A stretch of 64,000 bases of DNA from Amoebophrya sp. A120 (taxonomy: Eukaryota; Protista; Dinoflagellata). Below, piece by piece: positions 25,885 through 36,599 of the stretch; the stretch's first letter is position 1; each line of letters starts with the position of its first letter. The translations under genes were made by a program, and so were the position numbers. The stretch lies in assembly GCA_905178155.1 (NCBI GenBank), contig CAJINV010000003.1:269091-333090 (forward strand), read 5' to 3'. The notes beneath the pieces are model-generated. The model saw nothing but the letters and a program-made list of their open reading frames with translations. It was not told the origin of the DNA and searched no databases.

Positions 25885-26893
25885 GTGAGAGTGGCTGAGT
25901 TCTTGTTTTGAGTGCCCCTGCAGCAAGCAGAACGAGCTCGGCATGAACCGGCCGCGGGATGATATCCTGCTCGTCGCTGGTGGAGTCACACGGCTCTTCG
26001 GCTGGCGCGCAGCAACTGCACCCCCTCTTGAGATTTTCCTGTGCTGGGAGTTATAGATAGTAAACGAGTTGTGATAGGTCGTGTAGTGTTGAAGTACGAT
26101 TGCACGTCGAAATGTGTGTAGTTTGTGCGCCAAATAACGTCAAGAAGGATGAGATGAGCTTATTTCATGCACGCTGATGCTCATCCCCGGCGGTCGTCTC
26201 GGATTCGCACGCGAAACGTCTCGGTAAGAATTTTTGACGCCTAGTAGTTACAGGAAATTCGCTTGCTTATTTCGCACGATGCTGAGCTGAGGCCGATCGA
26301 TCATGAGTGTCTCGATCTCGTTTGCTTGGATAAGCAAGAAGCGTCGCACGAGAAAAGATCGAATTTGTGTTCCGACGATTGAACACGATAGACGACGAGT
26401 TCAAGTTGTTTTTTTTGTGTTTTGCAACACGCACCTTTGTTGCTGCGCCTAGCGTTGACGCACGATGTCTAGTTCGTGTGTTATCTACTGTTGCGTAATC
26501 CTTGACTGATGCTATATAGTACGCTCCGCCACACATAGCGACCTTTTCGGCACTAGCCACGGCCCCGTCTATGTTTGTCGCGGTGTGGTACTGAGGCTCA
26601 CGCCAGAGAGGTTGCAGGTTGGTTTCGTTTGAATACACAGTAGAACTACGTACTAGAAGTAGAAACTTAAGATACTGAACCCTAGTGTCAAGAGTTGCCC
26701 TTTTTATTCTTCAATACAACACAACAAACCAAAGAATCAATGGACGGTGGTACAACAACTTCGCATCAAAAGTAGCTGCGCAGAGAAGATGAAGAGAAAG
26801 TTCGAGCTCCCAACATCGGCGTGAGAGCAGTTTGTCAAAACGTCTTTTCACAACTGACCAAGCCACCACGCAATCGCATTCGCTTATACAGTG

Positions 26894-27817
26894 ATGGGAT
26901 ATCTTGCGTCAGCGCTTGCGACGCTGTCGCACCAGCAACAGTCTTCGCATCATCTTCCAGATCCCAGCGAAACAAGCTGGACAAGGAGCGGCGTAGCAGG
27001 AACCGGAAAAATAGCGCAGGAGCCATGTCTTCTAGTACAACAGCTTCCATCGGCGAGCAACAACAATTTGAGGACCATTTTCCGAAGGTCAAACAATTCG
27101 AGAAACAAGACGTCATTTGCGCACGTACTGGGTCGGAATAGTAGCAAGCCGTGGAGCAGCGAGGGAACAAGCCCGTTCTTTTCGAACGATGACGAGAAGA
27201 AGGAAGTTTTGAAGATACGCAGTGCGTCGTTTCCGCACTTTAGTGCCAAACAATTTGAGAAGTACAACGAGTTCGCGGATTTTCTGGCGAACGGCGATGA
27301 CCACTCGATATCGGACCTGCTGGAAGCCTCACCGGCCATGCACCAACAGCGCAAGCTGATGGGAGGACAGCAGGCGGATCTGCTCGTGAAGAAGGTACTA
27401 CATGTGTTTTGGTGTGGTCCTAGAAGAAGATGGCTCTGGTGCATCTTCCTGGAGGATGAGCTTTGTGCCAGTTGTATACGGAATTTAAATCTGGGTGCGT
27501 TTTGGTTTTGTTCTGGATTGAAATACATACTAGGAAGTAAAAAGTGACGAGAATTTAAATATTTAAAATTTCAAATCATGCAAATTTGGTAACACTAACA
27601 AAAACAACAGCTTATGACCAACTACGCGGGATTCATCGGGAGGGAAGCAAACAAAGAACAAGACCTGCCGAACCTGAGAAATTTTTTGTCGGACGCACAG
27701 AAAGAACCGGAAAAGCTTTTTAGCGATCTTCAATCAGCAGTCAACTCCAACGAACCTCTGCCGCAGAAAATTATGAAAGGCGCGCAGAACATGCTGCACC
27801 TTCTCAAGTCGTCGTGA
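26894..27817 (+). CDS. Hypothetical protein, 2 exons (start uncertain)
   Basis: ORF 26891 joins ORF 27614 in phase 0 via GT-AG intron 27395-27610 (LLVKK|LMTNY). Confidence 0.55.
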
Positions 27818-28658
27818 GCTCCGACCTGGGGTACAGGCAAGGTCCGTTTTCTCAACGTGTGGAATCATTGGAAGGCCGGCCGCAGCCAGGAAGCTATTCC
27901 CGAACTGATTTGCGTCGTCGTCGTCCTTCGATTCTGCATAGTATTGGGGCAGTAATCAACTCAGCTGCAGGGGTCGCGGTGCGCAGACCGGATACTCTGA
28001 GAAACAATCGCGTAGGACGCTGACGCTGTGCGCGTGCGGAATATCGTCTTCGGACGCGGACACATCACGGGCTTTTATTGGGGCGGCGGAGTTTGGATCT
28101 AAAGAAGGTTGCCGGAGTGTAATTTTAATTTTAAAACAGTGGGCAACACATCAGATGTTAAAATTTTGTCGTGCTGGTTCATCATCTCTTGTAGAGTTTG
28201 ATGATCCTGTTCAAGAACCTGTTTCCTCGTGGTTTCTGTAGGATGGAAAGAAATTTCGATTTGCTTCAATTTATGTTGAGCTCGCCGGCGCTGTGCGGTT
28301 TTGGTTTTTTTGGGCGCGAACCTTTGTCTCCACCACGTTTGTTCATTTTTTGTTCAGGTTTCTTTCCGCAGGAAATCTAAATTTAGGTCAAGTATTGCAC
28401 AGCGTTTTAGTAGATTTTTTTTTTGCCATTGCGCCAACCAACATGAGCCACCGACTGTATGCAAATCTATCAGCCACCAGTTGTGTTTATTTTTAAACGA
28501 AGCGGCCGCTTTTCACTTTCAGCCGAAGGCCTCGTGCTCCGGTTCGACATGTAATTAAAGTTTTTTTGACAACACGTTTAGTCCTAGAGCTTCAGCCGGT
28601 GTAGATCAGTTGTCCATTACGTAGATTCTTGCAGGCATTGGGAAAAAACCCGGCCAAG

Positions 28659-31600
28659 ATGGGGTATTCTGTGCAGCCGCGTCTGGATTACCAGACCATC
28701 GTGGGTGTGGAAGGTCCGCTGGTTATCATGGACAACGTGAAGTTCCCCACCTACGGTACGGATTCTTTTGAGTCTTTTCGAATTTAGAGTTTTTGATTTA
28801 GCTTCTCCGTCGTATGTGATTTTTAGGCCAAATGAAAAACGGCTCCTGCGCATTTTGTTGCTCGCGCATTGGAATCGTAATGCTAATGTATATGATGTAA
28901 CGGTAATGAGTGCGAGCGGTGTCCTTAGGAGCTGATCAAAACAAATTTAGGTGAGATTGTCAACGTGTGCTTGTCCGATGGACGTGTGCGCCAGGGTCAG
29001 ATCTTGGAAATCAACAAGAAGAAGGCCGTCGTGCAGGTCTTCGAGGGCACCTCGGGCGTCGATGTCAAAAACACCCACATCGAATTCACCGGGGATGTGC
29101 TGCGCATGCCGATCTCCGATGACCTTATGGGTCGCGCGTTCAACGGTTCCGGAAAGCCCATTGACAAGGGACCGCCGGTAAGAAGAAGACTACAGTCGGA
29201 GTATAGTACTGTGGAATGTGATTTAGATTCTGGATTTAAATTCTTTCTTCATGAGTTTTGCTCGTCTAAGGGCAAAAGATTGTACGACTTTTCAGTTGCA
29301 ACCTAAAACATTCCGAACCCCCACCAGGTCCTGGCAGAGGAGTTCTTGAACATCCAGGGAGAACTATCCTGAGCAAAAGGGTCCCCACCCCATAGTTGTC
29401 ATGCAAATCTGCGTGCCAAAATAAAAAGTTGATTATGCGCCGTCCCATGAGAAGCGTTTTCTAGTCGTGTTGTGGAATTTGTGATGCTAGAATCAGTATG
29501 ACATGCGAAATCCGTGACGCTGCTGAACTACCTAAACAGGATTTGTCCTCCGAGGACAAACTCGTCATGCGAAGCAACCAAAGCTGGCTGATTTGCATAG
29601 CAGATTTTCCATCTTCATTCTGGTATGGGCACGTTTTTTCACAGGATAGAATCCGATGAACCCCAAGGCCCGTGTATACCCGAAGGAGATGATCGAGACC
29701 GGTATCTCCACCATCGATGTTATGAACTCTCTGGTAAGTAAGAACCTACGAACAGTTGAGTTCGGACTCTAAAAAAGTTAAAGTGATTTAGAAAACGCCC
29801 GTCGCTCGTCAATTGCTTCCTCTCACCCCTTGACACAACATGTCTTTCGCGCGGAACACGAGCGCTTCTTTTTTTGAAATTTAGATTTTTTACCTTCAAC
29901 GCCAAAATCGTGAATCAGGTGCGTGGTCAGAAGTTGCCGTTGTTCTCCGCCGCGGGTTTGCCGCACAACGAGATTGCCGCGCAGATCTGTCGCCAGGCCG
30001 GTTTGGTCAAGGGCAAGGACGTGATGGATCACTCAACGGACAACTTCTCCATCGTGTTCGCGGCCATGGGTGTGAACATGGAGACCGCACGCTTCTTCAG
30101 GATATGACAGGGCACAACTCCCCCTGCCCCTCATTTGTCACGCAAAATACCCAATCCACCCGTTGCCTTTGCCTCTTGGCACTGTTTGCGTGACGTGACA
30201 AGTTCTGGTAGCTCAAATAGCAGTATGCTCCAGTGTAGATTTGTCATGCAAAACCGACATTCTTTCTGATGCTTGTATTGCCGTTCATGCTATACAAATG
30301 AGGGGGCGGGGGAGTTGTGCACTGTTATACAGGAACGACTTCGAGCAGAACGGAAGTATGGAGAATGTCGTGCTGTTTTTGAACTTGGCCAACGACCCCA
30401 CCATCGAGCGTATCGTCACCCCCCGGTATTTATGGTGTGCTTGTTTGTCGAAATTTAAATTTTGATTCTCATAGATGGTTGAGTCTATTTCTTGAAAAAC
30501 CAATAATGCACCATGAGAACACGAACACAAGCATGCGTGAAGATAACTTATTTTTTTAGATTTGAGATGTAGAAAATCCAAATTAATACTCAGCTTCTAG
30601 ATTTTGATTAGCGTCAGGTGTAGATTTACACGGCACACGACTTACATAGAATAACTTCAGATTGGCTTTGACGACCGCCGAGTACTTTGCCTACGAGCGG
30701 GAGATGCACGTGTTGGCCATCTTGACCGATGTGTCCTCGTACGCCGACGCCTTGCGTGAGATATCTGCTGCGCGAGAGGAGGTACCGGGGCGACGTGGTT
30801 ACCCGGGTTACATGTACACAGATTTGGCCCAGCTGTACGAGCGTGCCGGTCGCGTCGAGGGGAAGAACGGAAGTACACTGATAGTCCTCACTTTTGTTGG
30901 TTGAGCGCATGAGATTTTGTCGAGAGACATGATTGAATTTTTTTTTTCAAATTCAATCTTGAAATGAAGCAACTTTGAAGATGAGCGATTATTGTTGTAA
31001 TTTGAATCCTCCACTTTGACCAAAGCCAAACGAAACACGACATGCAGGTATCACGCAGTTGCCCATCCTGACGATGCCCAACGATGACATCACCCACCCG
31101 ATCCCGGATTTGACCGGATACATCACGGAGGGCCAGGTGTTTGTGGACCGAGGTCTGCACAACCGACAGATCTACCCCCCAATCAACGTGCTGCCCTCCC
31201 TGTCGCGGTTGATGAAGTCCGGTATCGGTAAGGGCATGATATGCTCTGCAAAAGTATCGTACTCGTATAAATGCATTACAAATTTCCTCAGCATGAATAA
31301 TAAGATTTGTAATGGAGATTTGCCTTGGAAACAAGATTTGTAATGCAAGACTTGCATTAGCATTTGTACGAGTGCGATGCTTTTGCACAGGATACATGAC
31401 CCGCGTCGACCACAGCAACGTGTCCGATCAGCTCTACGCCAACTACGCTATCGGGCAGGTAAGGACAACTGTAGATGCTCATAACAAGCACTAAAACGAC
31501 TAGGACTACTTCTGTTTTAGAATTTTAGATTAGGTGACCAACAAGAAGCGATTTGATTGCGCTTTTGTTCTTTGGAAGGGAATAAAGTGAGAGGACTGCA

Positions 31601-31893
31601 CGATTGTGAATTTTATCCAAAATGCAAAACAGGACACGCGTGCGATCAAGGCGGTTGTCGGTGAGGAGGCGTTGAACGACGAGGATCACCTGTATTTGGA
31701 GTTCATTGACAAGTTCGAGGCCCGATTCGTGCAGCAGGGGCCGTACGAGAAGCGCGATGTGTTCGATTCCCTCGACGTGGCGTGGGAGCTTCTGCGCATC
31801 TTCCCGGAGGACATGTTGAAGAAGTTGCCAAAGAAGGTCAAGGATGAGTTCTACGCCCGCGACCGCGAGATTGCCAAGGCCGCTAAGGCGTGA
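28659..31893 (+). CDS. ATP6V1B: V-type proton ATPase subunit B, 10 coding exons
   Basis: Hallmark peptides [66 protein letters not shown] and [25 protein letters not shown] introns at 28756-28950, 29178-29327, 29734-29918, 30426-30660, 30873-31047 and 31459-31632, plus three introners. The start codon is tentative. Confidence 0.97.
29365..29648. mobile_element. Introner, family F2 (284 bp), degenerate flanking repeat
   Basis: Ends TATCCTGAGCAAAAGGGTCCCCAC and GGGCACGTTTTTTCACAGGATA. Flanks are AGAAC and GAATC. Removing the element plus 5 nt gives NIQG(N/D/E)PMNP. Confidence 0.9.
30103..30329. mobile_element. Introner, family F4 (227 bp)
   Basis: ~36-bp TIR TAT(G/A)ACAG(G/T)GCACAACTCCCCC..CCCCTCATTTGT. 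Direct repeat CAGGA at 30098-30102 and 30330-30334. Junction reads ARFFR|NDFEQNG. Confidence 0.95.
31240..31394. mobile_element. Introner, family F3 (155 bp)
   Basis: Direct repeat CATGA at 31235-31239 and 31395-31399. F3 TIRs. Junction reads IGKGM|TRVDHS. Confidence 0.95.
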
Positions 31894-33213
31894 ACAAGAA
31901 GCTGATTCGTAGTTCTCACTAAGATGAAAGGAAACTAGGAAAATCTAAGCTTCGACAAAGCGCGAGTAGATTTCAGTGGAGAGAAGTAGAGGCTTCTTCT
32001 TGAGCAGGACTTTTGTATTTAAAAGTGTGAAGTTCTTTTTACAATTTTTTAGAACACAGCGGTCTTGAAAAAAGCTCGCAGCCTCCGTCTTGGCGCCTGG
32101 AAAGCAGAGTCGGGGCGGAGCGCTGTGCTGCTCTGCCACTACAACTTCTCGAGCATGTACGTAGAGTTCATCTCTCGAAAAGTCGCATCCCGTTCTTGTT
32201 CTCGCACGAACGGTTTCATTCACGAATACTTAGATTCTTTGCGCAGAACATTTGCGTTTCAATACCGTGATTTTTTAGTGCAGTGCTAAAATTTCTAAAA
32301 CATCGTGTGGAGAAGGGACAAAGTCGCTCTCCTCGAGAGGTTCTTGTCACATTCTTTCTCCCTTTTAGTAACTGATCTTATTCTAACAATTACGGACTCC
32401 TAAATACCTGATGATTTTTCCTTACTACTTTGACTTTTAGTACTTGTTTGATTCTTTTCTACATCATCAAAGCTGAAGTTACACACAAGAAAAAGACCTG
32501 ATGAAGAAGTTGTTTTTCATCTACCTCCTGTATGAAAAATTTAGATGTGGAGAAACAATTTTTCGAACCCAGCTTCTCAGTCGGAGAGAGTTTTTCAAGC
32601 GTGTGTTTGGACGAGAGTCGGCGGGTCTACTGTGTGGGAAGACGGTCTCGCGACGACGAGTATGAGAGGCTGGACGTGAAAAATTCGGTATAGCTGTTGA
32701 GTAAGACAACAAAAAATCTTGCTAAGTTCTTGATTTGGATGCGTCCTACGTGACGGTCATTGACTTTGGACCGTGTTTCGATTAATATGGCCGCGGTTAA
32801 TACGGTGGACAGGTGTCAGCTTTGGATAGCAGCGAGGTGTTCTCCACGGTGGTAGAGCGAGCGATCTACTTGGATCGTGGAATGAGGTTCATTCGCCACC
32901 TGCATTGTCGCTTGGGTTTGGTAGTAGTAGTACTAGACGTTCAGAATCGACGAGGCTATCGATATGTTCGAAGTTACCTGCACTCTTTCGCGCTACAGCA
33001 TGGATTTCTTGTTCTTCTCAGCGTCTGAGACATTGTATCAGGTTCATCTGAAGGTGTTACTTGTTCCCTTCAAGAAGTCAAACGCAAAAGTTTTTTTTTC
33101 AGGGTAAGGTTTTGCTTCTGACTGTGACTTTTTGATGTCTCTGGGCAGAGGTTGTGCCGTCGGTTGATTATAGCGATACCATTTTTTTTCCACTTCACAC
33201 TCGTGCTTTCGTA

Positions 33214-35394
33214 ATGTCGGCTTCTCCGGACGCAGAGTCCAGTTCTTCCACTGCTCGTGCTGGAGGTTTCTCACGACCCCCACCTCCACCTCCGAGCCTC
33301 CCACTTGTTCCTGAACATTCGGAAGCTGAGCAATTAGTGCAAACGGAGCAGAGCCTCGTCGGCCCAGTTGGGGAACGGTTTTTGGATGCCCTGGCCGACT
33401 ACGTATTTGGGCCATCAACCTCAACAAGTCTGCAATTGCGGTCGGCGCCCGTGACGCCTCAGCATCGAAATCCGTCTGGAGCGCCGGCGTTTCTGCAAGA
33501 CTGTAGTTTCTCTTCTCGGAACGCGGCCGCGGGTGTCGGGCCGAGTTTCTCAGCGCAGAAAAGTAGGTCCAGTACAACTTCTTCGACGTCTAGGGCATCT
33601 AGTGCGATTATCGACATCGACAGACAGCCTTCGTTTGGGGAAGTTCTAAACTGTAAGTGGACAGCAACAATCCCAAATGGTCGCTCATCCACTTTGGGAG
33701 CACGCCATGATCTTGGTGCAAGTGCAAACGCAACAGACACGACGCCGAGGGTGTTTGCTGCGGAGCCACCAAGCCAGGCTCCATCATGTGTACTCGATGA
33801 CGACGACATTGTCACACTTGTGGAAGCAGAAGTACAAACAGAGGAAGAATTTCTTCCTCGGGTAGAAACGCCGCAACCGCAAGAACAAGTAGATCACAAG
33901 GAGTTGCAGGCCGTGATCGCGCCACCCACGACTGTAGAAGCGCACTCCCAGTGCGACTCGGTGCAAAGCCACAGTGCAGAAACGCAGTGCTCGCGACCAG
34001 AGGTGATAGATAGCAGCACGCAATGCCGTCGAGTGGAGCATGTTGCCGCGGAAATCCAGTGTGCACTGCGAGCCGAGCAATGTGATGTGGGAACCCAGAA
34101 GTGCGCTGTCCCGCCCCCAGAGCAGGCCGATGCTGCGTTGCAGTGCACAATTCTGCAGGCACCACAGACGGATGCGGAAACGCAATGTACACGCACGGGA
34201 CACCGCGACGCCGCCACGCAGTCTTCTATGCAGGGGGAATGCGCCGAGGCGAGTGTGCAGTGTGATTTTGTTCGGGTAAAGCAGTGCAGTGACGCCGAGG
34301 TACAGTGGGGTCCAGACGTAGCAGTGAGCAGTGACGTCGAGACGCAATGCGATGCGTATGAGACACAACAGACGTCTGATGTAGAAACGCAGTGCGCTAT
34401 CAAAACGCTGCAGTGCGACGCCCAAGTGCAAAGCGAGGAAGAAAAAGTTGCGTGCCTCGACGCCGCGTCCCAATATAATGAAGGAGTAGCGGTAGAAATG
34501 GGGATGGAAGATGAAAAGGACGCAGCAAGGAACGCGCAATGCAGCGTGTTACACCACCTCGTTATTGACATAGAGCCGCAGGAGGAGCACGGTGTTTTCT
34601 TGGAAGAAACCGCGCAGGTGCCGGTTCATCGTCGGCACGATGTACTATCCTCCGCTGGTGACGACGACCGCGCCCTGTCGTCGTCGAAACAGGACGTCGT
34701 GCCCCACGAGCTTCTTGGACAGCTGGAGGCAGAGAAGCGCAAACTCGAAATAGCGGAGGAAACCGTGCGAAAGCTGATGCGCAAACTCAACCGTGGCAAG
34801 CGGAAAACTCGGGACAGCGCCAGCTTTCCTGCTGCAAGCTCGGAGCAATCTTGGACCGCAGATATTCTCCTCACTGAGGAGGACTTGCGCAGCCCCGAAG
34901 ACGAGAACCACAACATGTCCGACGAAAACGAAGACGTGCGGCACCTCGGAAGTGAGGATCGGAACTATAAGAAAGGAGACCGAGCACAACTACTAGCAGA
35001 CGAAGCGGACAACAAAAACATAGATGTTGAACCTGAGACAGATGAAGATTTCGATTGCAGCGAGGAAGTTGTGTCCACGGAGGTCGAACGCCACACGAAA
35101 TGGCTGGAACGTGTACGCGAGCTGCAGAAGGAGCGCGACAAAGAGATTATCAACATGAAACTGGAACAGGAACGGCTGCTGCTGGAGCGGGAAGAGGTGG
35201 AAGCGGCAAACACGAAAACGATTGTTGGGTTGCGAGCAGAGTTGGCGACTCTGCAGGCCCAGCTTGTCCAGTTGCAGCAAGTGAAAACGCCGTCTTCATC
35301 TGGCGCTCAGGTCGGGCTGCATAAGGGAAAGCTGGAGGATTCCGCGAACCTTGGAACAGGTACTGAGTCAACTGATATTTTTCGAAGATGCTGA
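33214..35394 (+). CDS. Disordered/coiled-coil protein with a tandem array of [D/E/S]xx[T/V]QC motifs
   Basis: 746-aa ORF with repeats such as SAETQC, DSSTQC, DAETQC, DVETQC (x2) and EASVQC, then an acidic and coiled-coil C-terminus. It may splice onward from a GT at 35360. Confidence 0.75.
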   Translation: MSASPDAESSSSTARAGGFSRPPPPPPSLPLVPEHSEAEQLVQTEQSLVGPVGERFLDALADYVFGPSTSTSLQLRSAPVTPQHRNPSGAPAFLQDCSFSSRNAAAGVGPSFSAQKSRSSTTSSTSRASSAIIDIDRQPSFGEVLNCKWTATIPNGRSSTLGARHDLGASANATDTTPRVFAAEPPSQAPSCVLDDDDIVTLVEAEVQTEEEFLPRVETPQPQEQVDHKELQAVIAPPTTVEAHSQCDSVQSHSAETQCSRPEVIDSSTQCRRVEHVAAEIQCALRAEQCDVGTQKCAVPPPEQADAALQCTILQAPQTDAETQCTRTGHRDAATQSSMQGECAEASVQCDFVRVKQCSDAEVQWGPDVAVSSDVETQCDAYETQQTSDVETQCAIKTLQCDAQVQSEEEKVACLDAASQYNEGVAVEMGMEDEKDAARNAQCSVLHHLVIDIEPQEEHGVFLEETAQVPVHRRHDVLSSAGDDDRALSSSKQDVVPHELLGQLEAEKRKLEIAEETVRKLMRKLNRGKRKTRDSASFPAASSEQSWTADILLTEEDLRSPEDENHNMSDENEDVRHLGSEDRNYKKGDRAQLLADEADNKNIDVEPETDEDFDCSEEVVSTEVERHTKWLERVRELQKERDKEIINMKLEQERLLLEREEVEAANTKTIVGLRAELATLQAQLVQLQQVKTPSSSGAQVGLHKGKLEDSANLGTGTESTDIFRRC

Positions 35395-36599
35395 TCAGAA
35401 TTTGAATTTGTTCATTTTCATGTTGTTGGGGCCGATTATACTAACAGTGCTTGAACTCATGTTGTTGGACGTGCGTACGTCTGGGTCTGTTCGAAGGCGG
35501 AATGCCGCAGTGGAGTCACTTACAATGCGTGGAAAATGTAAAGACTTGATTATCCCATACAGATGTTGGCTCGTCGAACAGCGCGTCGCCGGCAGAGGGC
35601 GATTCCATTTCCACGGACGAGATTCGGCCTGGTCACTGGATTCTTCATTGACGCTTTCTACCATAATCATGCTGCTTGTTGACCACCTGGAGCCTTGCGT
35701 CCGTCCTCAATGTCATTGAAATTAACTTCGCCATACATTACAGCATGGCACGAGCAGAGCAGCGGGATGTGTGTTAGAATAGTGTAGATACTTTTGAAAG
35801 TAGAGAAACCCTTGCGCAATGGCGATTTTCTTTCTGTGTGAGTACAAGGAAAAATGGAAGAGGACTTCTGGGATCTTGTGTTCACGAGACAGCAGCGCAG
35901 TCAATCGAGGTTTCCAAGAAAAAAAGGCAATACCTTCACACCGAGAGACAACTCGTCGTCCGTGCCCCCCGATTGATGTGAGTGCGGCCTGTTTGCTCCT
36001 TTTTGTTTGTATCTTTTTCAAGCCTGCTGATTGGATGCTGTCCATTTCTTTGCACGACATGATGAACGCATTTCGTGCTTTCGGCAATTCCAATCAAAAT
36101 CTAAGTGATCATCAATGGAGTCAGGCTGCAACCAATTTTGCCCAGGCCCCCAACGACCTGTTTCTTCCCTCTGTTGTAGTGATGTATGAATTTCAATTCT
36201 TTATGTTTCGTTCCGCTACCAGTAGAACAGTTCTACCTCCCGCTCATCCAGACGCAGATCGTTTCGTAAACTTTTCATTACGGTCTTGGTGTACTGCTAT
36301 GGTGAGATAGAGGAAGCGTCTCGTGAACATAAGATCTCATTCAAAGATCCCTGCTTTCCAGATTTGTGCAATATGTGCATGTCTTTCGTTGTGAATCAAT
36401 ATCGACGGTAGAAGAAATACCTTTTTCGTGGAGTTGCAAGCACTTGATTTCCTTTATTTGCGATCCTAAAAATTTTCCAGATGTTGCTTCATCAACCGTG
36501 GAAATTTCGTGTGACAATGTGGCATCCGGTGTGAAACAGTGGGGAGTGCAGGCGAGCGCGGGCAGTTTGCTGGACTCATCTTGGACTACCATTATCATC

